NCBI GenBank assembly: GCA_043228905.1
Contig: JBHGNT010001113.1
Span: forward strand, 1-11,928
DNA from: Azolla caroliniana
Taxonomy: Eukaryota; Plantae; Polypodiophyta
Length of the DNA stretch: 11,928 nucleotides
Reading direction: 5' to 3'
The position numbers and the translations under genes were made by a program. Every line of letters begins with the position of its first letter. The first letter of the stretch is position 1. Below, in pieces: positions 1 through 8,316 of this stretch. Below the pieces are notes generated by a model. The model ran no database searches, had not been told where the DNA came from, and saw only the letters and a program-made list of their open reading frames with translations.

Positions 1-1827
1 GACGATCGGTCCGTGCCCGTGCTCCACCTTTCCATTCGCCTCCGGATTGTACGCAGTGGTAAGCGAGAGCTTGACTCCTAGCCGGTCGAACAGCTCCTCG
101 GCCTCTTCGGCGTCCAACTCCCCGCGGTCGGCCACGATCTTCCCGACGCACCCGTACCGGCATATCACGTCCTCAATAAGGAACCGACATACGGCCGCAG
201 TCGTTTTGTTCTGAAGGGCCCGACCTTCTACCTGGTTCGTCAGATCTTCCCGAGCGAGGACCAGATACCGCATCTGTCCTACTCCCATCGGCATCGTCAC
301 CAGATCTACCATCCATTTGAAGTGGATGGTCGGAGGGTACGTAGGGTGAAGCTCGTCCCGATGTCGGACTATGGAGTGCATCTGACAGCTCTCGCAAGTT
401 GTCACGAACTGATGCACGTCCCGGTACAGCCCCGGCCACCAGTACTTCCCCTTTATCTTCTCGAACGTGGCCCACGTTCCACGGTGTCCAGCCCAAGGGC
501 TGTCGTGGTAGGCCGTCAGCAGCTCCTCCTGTTCTTCCTTCATCGCTACCACCCGGAGCGGGACGCCGTTCCTCTTCTTCGGGTGCTTCCATAAGTATCC
601 GTCCCGGAGAAAGAATCGGTATGCTTTCTTCCGGATCCGGTTTGCCTCGTCCCTCGTCCATGACGCATCCGGCGTCATCGTCCTCAAAAACCCACCGATC
701 TGGAGCCACTCGCCGTCGTACTTGCTCTCGTCGAAGTCGTTAAGTGCCGGAGTGCTCGTCCCATCGGCCGTTACGTATGCTGCCTCGAAGAAGTCCACGC
801 CGACTTCTTCGTCCTCCGAAACCATGCCGCCCTCGTCATCAAACCTCGCCCTCGAAAGCATGTCGGCCATGGCGTTGTCTTTTCTGGAAATGTGTCGTAT
901 TTCCGGGTCCAGGGACTTGATGTACGCTATCCACCTGAGCATCGCCAGGTCCGGTGTCGCGCATCCGGAAACCATGCTGAGAATCGGCAGGCAATCCGTC
1001 TCGATAACCACTTCTGTCTCGATCAAGTAGTCTTTGTTGGCCTTTACTGCCGAAACGATACCCCAGAGTTCGCGTTTAACCTGGGCGTACCCTCGTTGTC
1101 GTTCACTGAGAACCTTCGCGCCGAATCGGATCGGGAACCGAATGTCGTCCTCGTCTTCTTGGTTGACAACCCACCCGATCCCGGTCGGACTCATATCCAC
1201 TGTTATGTATACTGGGGTACCTTTCTCGTAGACAGCCTTCCGGAGCGCCGGTGCTGCCGCAAGAGCTTCCTTCAACTTCCGGATCGATTCCGTGTGCTCG
1301 TCTCGCCACTCGAATTTTCGCCTTTTCTTCAGCAACCCGTATAGCGGCTCCGCCACGTGGGCGTAATGCGGGATCCATATGTGGTAGAACGCGCATGCCC
1401 CCAGGAACCTCCGAACTTCCGTCACCGAGCTACAATCGGTCTTCATCGCGGAGATGGCTTCTACCTTTGCCGGAGACGGCTTCCGACCATAGGGTCCACA
1501 TAGGTGTCCGACCACCAGGATTTCCGATTGCCCGAAGGCCGATTTCTCCCCGGAGAAGGTGAGCCTCGCATCCTCTAGCCTTTGTAGCACCTTCTCGCAG
1601 TCGTCGATGTGTGTCGCCACGAATCGCCGGCATCCGTCCGGCCCGACTGTCTCGTCCTTCTCTTCCACCGGGCACCCTTTGATAGGGATGTCGTCTAGAA
1701 ACGGCATGGTGATGTCCGGGATGCAATCCCTCAGTACCTTGTTCATTGCATTCACCATGTGGGCCACCGAGTTGGTCCCTCCTTGTGGCAGGGTACACAT
1801 TCGCACTAGGCCGAGGGGAGTTCGCAT
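1..1827 (-). CDS. pol: pol 3' part: RT C-terminal half, RNase H, integrase zinc finger and core (partial; absent from the ORF track because it runs off the window)
   Basis: Manual translation of the frame starting at 1827: MRTPLGLVRMCTLPQGGTNS...PFLDDIPIKG; EVRRFLG; RNase H TVDMSPTGIG...KRELWGI...IETDC...NAMADMLSR; integrase HDSPWAGHRG...CESCQ (HHCC), WMVDLV, VADRGE, YNPEANGKVE (D,D,E). No stop seen. It is cut off from the upstream RT by the 175-bp duplication. Confidence 0.93.
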   Translation of the reverse strand, partial: MRTPLGLVRMCTLPQGGTNSVAHMVNAMNKVLRDCIPDITMPFLDDIPIKGCPVEEKDETVGPDGCRRFVATHIDDCEKVLQRLEDARLTFSGEKSAFGQSEILVVGHLCGPYGRKPSPAKVEAISAMKTDCSSVTEVRRFLGACAFYHIWIPHYAHVAEPLYGLLKKRRKFEWRDEHTESIRKLKEALAAAPALRKAVYEKGTPVYITVDMSPTGIGWVVNQEDEDDIRFPIRFGAKVLSERQRGYAQVKRELWGIVSAVKANKDYLIETEVVIETDCLPILSMVSGCATPDLAMLRWIAYIKSLDPEIRHISRKDNAMADMLSRARFDDEGGMVSEDEEVGVDFFEAAYVTADGTSTPALNDFDESKYDGEWLQIGGFLRTMTPDASWTRDEANRIRKKAYRFFLRDGYLWKHPKKRNGVPLRVVAMKEEQEELLTAYHDSPWAGHRGTWATFEKIKGKYWWPGLYRDVHQFVTTCESCQMHSIVRHRDELHPTYPPTIHFKWMVDLVTMPMGVGQMRYLVLAREDLTNQVEGRALQNKTTAAVCRFLIEDVICRYGCVGKIVADRGELDAEEAEELFDRLGVKLSLTTAYNPEANGKVEHGHGPIV

Positions 1828-2006
1828 CGTCCTTCTCTTCCACCGGGCACCCTTTGATAGGGATGTCGTCTAGAAACGGCATGGTGATGTCCGGGATGCA
1901 ATCCCTCAGTACCTTGTTCATTGCATTCACCATGTGGGCCACCGAGTTGGTCCCTCCTTGTGGCAGGGTACACATTCGCACTAGGCCGAGGGGAGTTCGC
2001 ATCGTC
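1652..2006. repeat. Perfect 175-bp tandem duplication within RT, with 5-bp microhomology TCGTC
   Basis: 1652-1826 and 1827-2001 read as identical; TCGTC occurs at 1652-1656, 1827-1831 and 2002-2006; 175 is not a multiple of 3, so it causes a frameshift. Confidence 0.95.
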
Positions 2007-3013
2007 GTAATGTCTCTGCTCTCCACGGCTAGCTGGAACTGGTCGTACCCCGAGTACAGATCACCGACCGAGTAAATCGACCTTCCGGCGAAGGCCTCCG
2101 CGAACTCGTCTATGGTCGGTCCGATTCCTGCGTTCCGAATGGTCACTCTGTTGACCGGCTGCAGGTCTTGAATGAAGCGCATCGTTCCGTTTTTCTTTGG
2201 TACGGTAAACCATCGGTTCGAGTATGGGGCACTCGACGGTTCGAGAATGCCCATATCTACTTTCTGCCTCAATAGCTCCATCAACTTCGGGATGTGAGCT
2301 CTCGGTACCGGGATCGGCTTGAGATTCCACGGCACATGCGGTACCGTGAATATCACCATCGGCTCCACGATCGTCGGGTCTACGCACCCGATCTCTTCCG
2401 GTGAGAATGCGAAGGCTTTCCCGTGCCTTCCGAGCATCCTCCGAAACCGGTCTTCCTCCGCCGGCAGTAGGAACCCGCCCCCACCGATTTTGAGCTCCCG
2501 GAGCGTCCCGTCAGTGAAGGTGTGTCCTATGCAGGCCGGATCTCGTAAACTGGGGTCCGACGCAACCCTTATGATCCGGGACTCGCTGCCCTCGGGTAAG
2601 GGTGCCGCGACTGGCCTTACCTTCCGGTCCACAGTCTTGTACTTCGTGCTAACTCGGGCCGTCCAATCCGACCCGAGCCCCCGACTGAAATTCTCGATGA
2701 CTTCGTACATCTCTTCGGAACATACCGGTATTGTCCGGTCTTCGTTAAGGTCTTCTCCGGCAACCTTCCTCAGCATCCCCAAGGTGTCGTCGAAGGAGAC
2801 CGCCTCCACGGCCCCGCTGATTTCCTCGTCCGGGCCGAGAACTCCGCACGCTCGAAGTCGCACTTCCGCCCTTGTCTTTTCTCGGCCAACGATGCCGGCT
2901 ATCATACATCCTCCGTTGTCAGAGAAGCAAAATCTCCTACCTATCGTACAGTCGTGGGGTCTTTCCCGAGTGCCCGGACTGTCTCGGCCCCACGCCTTGG
3001 CAGCCCTCTCTAA
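1827..3013 (-). CDS. pol: pol 5' part: reverse transcriptase (ORF 1430..2905, open upstream to the slippery site; out of frame after the duplication junction near 1830)
   Basis: RT motifs YSNRWFTVPKKNGTMRFIQDLQPVN, DLYSGYDQ, LPQG and FLDD. The same frame is open from 3013 to the ATG at 2905 (36 codons). Confidence 0.93.
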
Positions 3014-3019
3014 AAATCC
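2953..3019 (-). promoter_or_regulatory. Putative -1 ribosomal frameshift signal: G GAU UUU (UAG), 6-nt spacer, predicted pseudoknot
   Basis: Heptamer at 3019-3013 directly before the PR stop (3012-3010); the -1 frame is the RT frame. Pairings: GGGCUG (3006-3001)/CAGUCC (2981-2976), CGUGGGG (2994-2988)/CCCCACG (2959-2953), CCGAG (2987-2983)/CUCGG (2970-2966). Confidence 0.7.
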
Positions 3020-3783
3020 TCCCGGTTTTCGCCATCGAGGGATTCGCGGTTTCGCTCGTGGTTCGGTCGCACTGTCAGAAATTGGACCGAATGGCGCCCG
3101 TCCTGGCTTTTGACCCTCGCGTAGGCCGACCCGTTGTCCAGCACTTTGGTCTCCATCCGCGCCGCCGTGATGTATGGTTCACCTAATATGACCGGGTGCG
3201 AGGACGTCTCCTGTACGAAGAAGTGCTGGTCAATCTCGACGTCGTCGATCTTGACTCGCACGTTCGGGCAGGCCCCATGCAATTCCTCAGTGGCGCGCGT
3301 CGCCGCCCGTATCTTCCACCCGTGCTTGGTGTTGATCGGCCACTTCCCCTTCTTATAGAAGTCCATGGACATCAGGTTTATTTCCGAACCGTGGTCCACC
3401 AATGCCACCACCGGTTCCTGAACATCTCCGATCTTTACCGGGGTCTCCGTGGTCGCTTGGGCCCAGTGTGGCCTCGAATAGTGGCTCTCCGGCCACTCAT
3501 CTGCCAGCGCCGAGTCGTCGATGCGCGTCGTCCGCACCTCTACCGGTCTTTCCGGTTCCGTCTCCGTCGACAGCCTCTTCCGTTTCACCAAGTCTACAAT
3601 GGAGTCGTGGAACTCCTTCTTGGCGATCCCCAACACCTCCCGCAATGACAGCTCCACTTTGTTGTCGAGGATCCGTTCTTCTAGGACCTTTCGTAGGTCC
3701 GTAGTCCTTTCTATTTCCGTCCCCAATCGGTATCCACCCTTCCTGGGGTTATCTTGCGAGCTGGACCTGCCGGCATCGTTCCG
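3010..3783 (-). CDS. Retropepsin-type aspartic protease region (in frame with gag, after a TGA at 3786-3784)
   Basis: VALVDHGSEINLMS active-site-like motif and the downstream FFV...PVILGEPY (ILG motif). The ORF start at 3726 is 19 codons after the TGA in the same frame. Confidence 0.88.
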   Translation of the reverse strand, partial: RNDAGRSSSQDNPRKGGYRLGTEIERTTDLRKVLEERILDNKVELSLREVLGIAKKEFHDSIVDLVKRKRLSTETEPERPVEVRTTRIDDSALADEWPESHYSRPHWAQATTETPVKIGDVQEPVVALVDHGSEINLMSMDFYKKGKWPINTKHGWKIRAATRATEELHGACPNVRVKIDDVEIDQHFFVQETSSHPVILGEPYITAARMETKVLDNGSAYARVKSQDGRHSVQFLTVRPNHERNRESLDGENREDF

Positions 3784-5128
3784 TCATTGCCCGAATTGGG
3801 TCTCGTACCGTTGTGAGGGCCCGGCCGCTCCGGCTTTCCCCACTCGTTTGTCCTCTACCAGAGCCTCGTAGTTCCGGCAGGCGGCTTCTACGAAGCCCGT
3901 CTTCTCCTCGACCGGATCGCTCCACCCGGTTATTTCCCAGACCCGTCTCTCAGCGTGGTCCGTTTCATCTTTCCTTAGCCGTGCGCCGGCAAGACCTCCT
4001 AGCATTGCCGACCAGAATCCGTCTTTGCCCTCTGTTCGGGCCTCGCTGCCCCCGACCCGAATTCCGGCCGACGCCGAGTAGTGGATGGCCTCTACGTGTC
4101 GGGCCGCTGCCTCTTCCATCAGTCTCTTCATACCTCCTCGCCCGTCGTTTCGGTTCAGGGCCCTCCTGGTGTCGCCGGCGTGCACCCGACCTTCCCACAG
4201 GTACACCACCCGGTTCCTCAACGCCTCTGCGAAATCGCCGCAGTCCTTCCGAATGTGGCCGACCTCGTCGCACCACATGCACCTGTTCCCCGCTGTCGGC
4301 CGTCGGTCACGAGCCGGTTCGTCGCCTTCCCTTCGAGTCTGGGCGATCTGGAGATCCTTTATCGCCCGCGTCAACTCCTCCAGCGCTGCTCCTCCGGACG
4401 AGCCATTGACCATGTCATTCCCGGGTTTCGAGCCATTCCCGGGTTTCTTCCCTTCGTACTTGCGGTGCCGGTTCAAGCCTCCTTGCTGTGACAGACCCCG
4501 CACCGGCCGCCCCGTTGTCAGCCCATTCCCGCCGTTTATCGAAACGGCCACAGACTCTCTTAACCGCAGCCCAGTCGGTTGTCAGCCCGTCCTTGGTTTC
4601 CAGCAAGGAGCCGACTTGGTCCCGGTCCCGCTCATCCACCGACTTGACGAACAATAGGACCCGGCTCGTATCCAGAACGGTTCGGTCAAGCACCGAAAGG
4701 CGCGCAAAGCGTTCTTCAAACTCCCGGAGGAGTGCCGACGCATTTCTTCCCTTGCCGGGGGACTCCACCCATTCCATGAAGTCCCGTTTCGAAAGCCGGA
4801 GCGCGTCGTCCAGCCCGTATTTTTCTAGGAGTCGGCCTTCGAACTCCTCCCAGGTACGGCTCTCCGCCCGCACCTCGAGCACCTCCGCATGGATGCTCGG
4901 CATCGCCACTCGAGGAAACCCGGCAAGACGCCTCTCTTCCGGAATGTCCCGCATCAGCATTTCTGCCCCGTAGGACGCCAAATACCTCGTGGCATCCTTT
5001 CCGCTGAACCGGCCGATTGTACCGACGACCGCCTCAATGGCTCTGTCGAGGGCGCTGGTGCCCTCGCGTGCACTTAATATCCGATCCACGGCCGAAGCCA
5101 TGGCCTCCGCAAGATCCGACCCCTTCAT
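3784..5128 (-). CDS. gag: gag (split by a frameshift near 4415-4430), with CCHC zinc knuckle
   Basis: Starts just after the PBS (ATG at 5128); gag-like FSGKDATRYL...TWEEFEGRLLEKY; CMWCDEVGHIRKDC (CX2CX4HX4C) lies in the second frame (ORF 3784..4551). Confidence 0.85.
4416..4447. repeat. Short direct repeat CATTCCCGGGTTTC x2 (18-bp period) at the gag frame break
   Basis: Copies at 4416-4429 and 4434-4447; the first gag frame stops at 4417-4415. Confidence 0.85.
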
Positions 5129-5150
5129 CTTCTGCTCTTCTGCCGCCTCC

Positions 5151-5168
5151 TTCACGTCGGGTTCACCA
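5151..5168 (-). promoter_or_regulatory. Primer-binding site complementary to the tRNA-Trp 3' end (TGGTGAACCCGACGTGAA)
   Basis: The plus strand reads TTCACGTCGGGTTCACCA, which matches the 3' 18 nt of plant cytosolic tRNA-Trp(CCA) as I recall it; it lies 3 nt from the LTR end. Confidence 0.85.
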
Positions 5169-5171
5169 AGA

Positions 5172-5875
5172 TGTCGAGGTATTCCTCGCGGATGCGTGGA
5201 ATGAGGCGGAACTTCGGGGGTCCTGTACCAAAGGGCAAGAGAGGAAGGAGAAGAGACCCTCTACGTGCGAGCGTAGATCCACAGGGACACGGCCCTTCGA
5301 CGCAAAGACACAAGCGGGACAGCAACACAGAAAGACACGAATGTATGTATCTATTAACAAAGACAAACGACAAGAACACGAAGACAACGAAACACGAAGT
5401 CGGTTACAACCGAACAGGCCGGCGAACAGATGCCGATACCTGCTCGTAAACGCACAGAGAGGAAGGAGTAGGTTGGAGGTGTTGCCGGAAGCACTCGGGC
5501 ATTCCTCAGAGCAGTGCGAGCCTCCCAAAACCTGCACAGAAGGAAGCTATGGCGTTTGCAAACCAGAGAGAGAGAGAGAGAGAAGCCTTCGCTCGCAAAC
5601 CGACAGCACTTCGTCCTCGACTCTCCGCGATCCCTTTCCCCTCCTCGTCTCCCTCCTTTTATAGGCAAGGAAGGAGTCGTTTCCCCCCTTTACTTCCTAC
5701 CTACCGAATCTGCCCGCCTAGGATCTCCTATGTACATCATAAGGCGCACGTGCATGAAGAGTCGGTTTCTACGCTCCGGTGCACCGATTCCGCTTGTGGA
5801 CGGTTTTCTTCACGACACCGTTGGTGATGATGTTATCATGCCAACTCTGAAGCAAATCGACAGTACCACATGACA
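5172..5875 (-). repeat. 5' LTR of the gypsy element (704 bp)
   Basis: Termini TGTC...GACA; adjacent PBS; minus-strand TATAAAAG near 5656-5663 followed by a (CT)n tract (5565-5583); abrupt switch to LINE coding sequence at 5876. Confidence 0.85.
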
Positions 5876-6532
5876 TTATTAGGCCTGAGTTCACGTTACC
5901 CCCAATGTTAGTAGAGGCACTTTTCCAACGTGTAGTGTTTATTCACAAGATACATAGCCAACCACATGATAGAATATCTCATCAAGCCTTTAAGGCCTCT
6001 TGATCACTGTATGAGTCCGGTTATACTAGCTCATGGTATGGCATGATGGTGAGTTTGCTTCTTGCAAATGGTCTAGACATTAATAACCTACCTCCCCTTA
6101 GGTACAACCACACAATTGATAACACTTTAATCTCTCATGAGGACCGCAATAAAGTAATACGCTAAGAAATATGGCAAATTTACACTCGGTATAAATGGAT
6201 CACCCCACTAGAGCCACTCCCATCTAAAATGTTGTACTATAAGGAACACTTCATGCACCTCTCTAAGTTAGGTTTTATCACGCGGCCAAAATATCTAGAT
6301 GTATTCTTACCACATGCACTAAGGGTTGCCATTGGACAACTTAGAATATCATCTCAGCAACTTGAGATTGAGAATGGTCGTACTAATGGAGTCCTGAGGG
6401 AGGAAAGGATATGTAGGTTATGCCACATAGAGATAGAGGATGAGTATCACTTTACATGCAAGTGTCCAACCTATGCCGAGATAAGGGCAAAATACCAAGA
6501 CATACTTGGTTCCTCTCCCACCCTCCCCAAAC
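5876..6532 (+). pseudogene. Decayed non-LTR retrotransposon (LINE) ORF2 C-terminal fragment with CCHC-type zinc motif
   Basis: One frame from about 5878 with stops at 6001 and 6163; LRISSQQLEIENGR...REERICRLCHIEIEDEYHFTCKCPTYAEIR is the typical post-RT Cys/His tail of LINE ORF2. It is interrupted at both ends by LTRs. Confidence 0.85.
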
Positions 6533-6633
6533 TATTTCTCAGGAATAGTACTAAAACAGAGAGAGAATTAGTACTAGAGAAGGGAAGTACTATTAGTACT
6601 AATAGGACGGGACTGCGTAAGACTCCCGAGAGA

Positions 6634-6683
<50 letters not shown>

Positions 6684-6883
6684 GATAATAGATGATATAT
6701 TATATGAAAAGTAAGTACAAAATAGCTATGAGGCTTAAGACTGACGTTGAACCAATTTGGTTCAAAATAATGCTTTGTGCCTCCTTTTATAGTGCTCTCA
6801 GGAGTAGTCCTGAAGCTTCTAGAATGTTCTAGAGAAATTTGGAATATGCATTAATTTTCTATAGTAAAACTTAAATGAAAATA
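6533..6883 (-). repeat. Probable 3' LTR of the chromovirus element (about 350 bp; boundaries approximate)
   Basis: Follows a PPT-like tract; minus-strand CTATAAAAGG (6792-6783) then (CT)21; ends are TATTT...AAATA inverted repeats; LINE similarity stops near 6532. Confidence 0.6.
6637..6678. repeat. (AG)21 microsatellite
   Basis: Read directly from the sequence. Confidence 0.95.
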
Positions 6884-6886
6884 ATA

Positions 6887-6896
6887 TCCTGCCCTT
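6887..6896 (-). promoter_or_regulatory. Degenerate polypurine tract (AAGGGCAGGA)
   Basis: Lies a few tens of bases after the end of the chromodomain and directly before the putative LTR. Confidence 0.55.
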
Positions 6897-6924
6897 AAGA
6901 CAACAAGTATAACGAGTCAACGTG

Positions 6925-8005
6925 GATTGAGGACCGGGTTTGTCCGGATACTATCGGTGGAAATCAACAAGAAGATCCTGAGCATTAGCGACATGCTCGA
7001 CGGGTTCCCAAGTATGTTCGCTCGGACTATAGCCGAGCCAATCAATCAAATAATAAAGTTTGTTGCGAACAAACTTGGAGTCGAGGACGACAACAACTTC
7101 ATACTCCGGGCCGGCATCCAACTCAAGTAGGGGAGGCGGTGGTGTAACACGATTGGGAATAGTGTTGGCCTTATAAGGTTCAAGAAGAGAACTATGGAAG
7201 ACCGGATGTATTTGAAGGTACGGAGGAAGATCAAGGCAAAACGTGACATAATTAATCTTACCGATACGACGAAAAGGACCGAGGCATCGATAGTCCAATT
7301 GGTCGCACGGTCGAGTAGTCTTGATGTGACGACGTAAGAGCCATACTCGATCTCCGATGGCAAAAGAGGAGGGAAGTCGATGACGATCCGCATAAGTCTT
7401 TTGTGTGTGTTGAGCATGACGAAGTTGAGTAGATAGATCCATTTGAATCTTGTGTAGCCTCTCCAAATGATCCTCGGCATGAGGATTGGTAGGTAGCTCC
7501 GGGGTGTCAATCACAGACAAGCGAGGATGAGAACTGGTATAAGCGTAAAATGGGGAGACCGAGTCGAGGAGTGAATAACATTATTATAAGCAAACTCCGC
7601 AAAGTGGAGAATATCAACCCAATCGTCTTGTTGGTAACTCAGAAAACACCAGAGGTATTGTTCTAGCGTTTGATTTGTTCATTCCGCCTGCCCATCGGTC
7701 TGGGGATGGTAGCCGGAGGAGAGGTCTGATGATGCTGTCTGGGAGGCCATGATGCCGAAATACCTCACGCATGACAAGGGCAGTGGTTTCTTCACTTGTG
7801 ATGGCCTTAGTACAAGGCCCAAAATGTGCCATCTTAGTATATCGATTGACGTTGGTTAAGATAGCATCGAAACCCTTCGAGACTGGAAGATCTATGATAA
7901 AATCAAGACAAATGGACTGCCATTGCTTGCTTGGAATTGGTAAGGAGTCCAACAAGCCATATGGATGATGTCGTGGCATCTTTGCTCGGCAACAAGCATC
8001 ACATG
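6925..8005 (-). pseudogene. Chromovirus (Ty3/gypsy, Tcn1-like) integrase plus chromodomain, degraded
   Basis: CDACCRAK...GLLDSLPIP..WQSICLDFIIDLP...TKMAHF...HGLPDSII; then a deletion; LSSGYHPQTDGQAE*TNQTLEQYL...FAYNN; GPF motif; IHPVFHSSLLEPY; chromodomain EYEV..VLDS...YLIDWLGYSPSEHTWEP. Contains stops and frameshifts. The clade call is from recall of motifs. Confidence 0.92.
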
Positions 8006-8239
8006 GCTCAGCAGTTGGTCTCCAACACTTGACGCAAAGCAGTACATCACTCTGCTTGCCGCTTGTTCCCACATTGGGAAGTTCTTGTATGTCGCATCAT
8101 GTGTTGTGTCGTTAGCTCCGTCGACATAGTTCCAGTAACCATGCCCAAGCAGGTACTAGTGCATCTTGTATGACCACGATGCGTAGTTGGATCTGTCAAG
8201 CTTCTCCACCGGGAGCGAGCTAACCATTCCTCTATCCAT
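8000..8239 (-). pseudogene. gag: Ty1/copia gag N-terminal fragment (element B), truncated at the junction with the chromovirus integrase
   Basis: MDRGMVSSLPVEKLDRSNYASWSYKMH*YLLGHGYWNYVDG...WEQAASRVMYCFASSVGDQLLSHV; the KL.xxNY..W...M..YL....W..V.G pattern is the copia gag N-terminus. Stop at 8158-8156. Confidence 0.9.
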
Positions 8240-8316
8240 TTTGTTTTTCTTGTTCTTTACGAAGGTTAGGTTTTCTTCTTGAGCTAAGGTCGGTTGCAGA
8301 GGTTCTCAACCCTCGT

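Larger units (their letters stand above)
1..5875 (-). mobile_element. Ty3/gypsy LTR retrotransposon, 5' portion (LTR-PBS-gag-PR-RT-RH-INT); continues past the window start
   Basis: Domain order PR-RT-RH-INT is the Ty3/gypsy order; TG..CA-bounded LTR at 5172-5875; tRNA PBS at 5151-5168; protein motifs are listed under the sub-features. Confidence 0.96.

Noticed and set aside
1430-1826. C-terminal tail of ORF 1430..2905 (ANSPRPSANVY...)
   Set aside because: It is out-of-frame translation caused by the 175-bp duplication, not a real domain.
5151-5168. tRNA-Trp gene
   Set aside because: Only the 3' 18 nt including CCA are present, next to an LTR, so this is a PBS.
173-5873. Many plus-strand and alternate-frame ORFs over the gypsy element (e.g. 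2319..3113, 3813..4409, 5017..5664)
   Set aside because: They are shadow ORFs of GC-rich coding or LTR sequence with no recognisable motifs.
6533-6714. ERERER tail of ORF 6229..6714 as a protein domain
   Set aside because: It is read-through of the LINE frame into LTR sequence and the (AG)n microsatellite.
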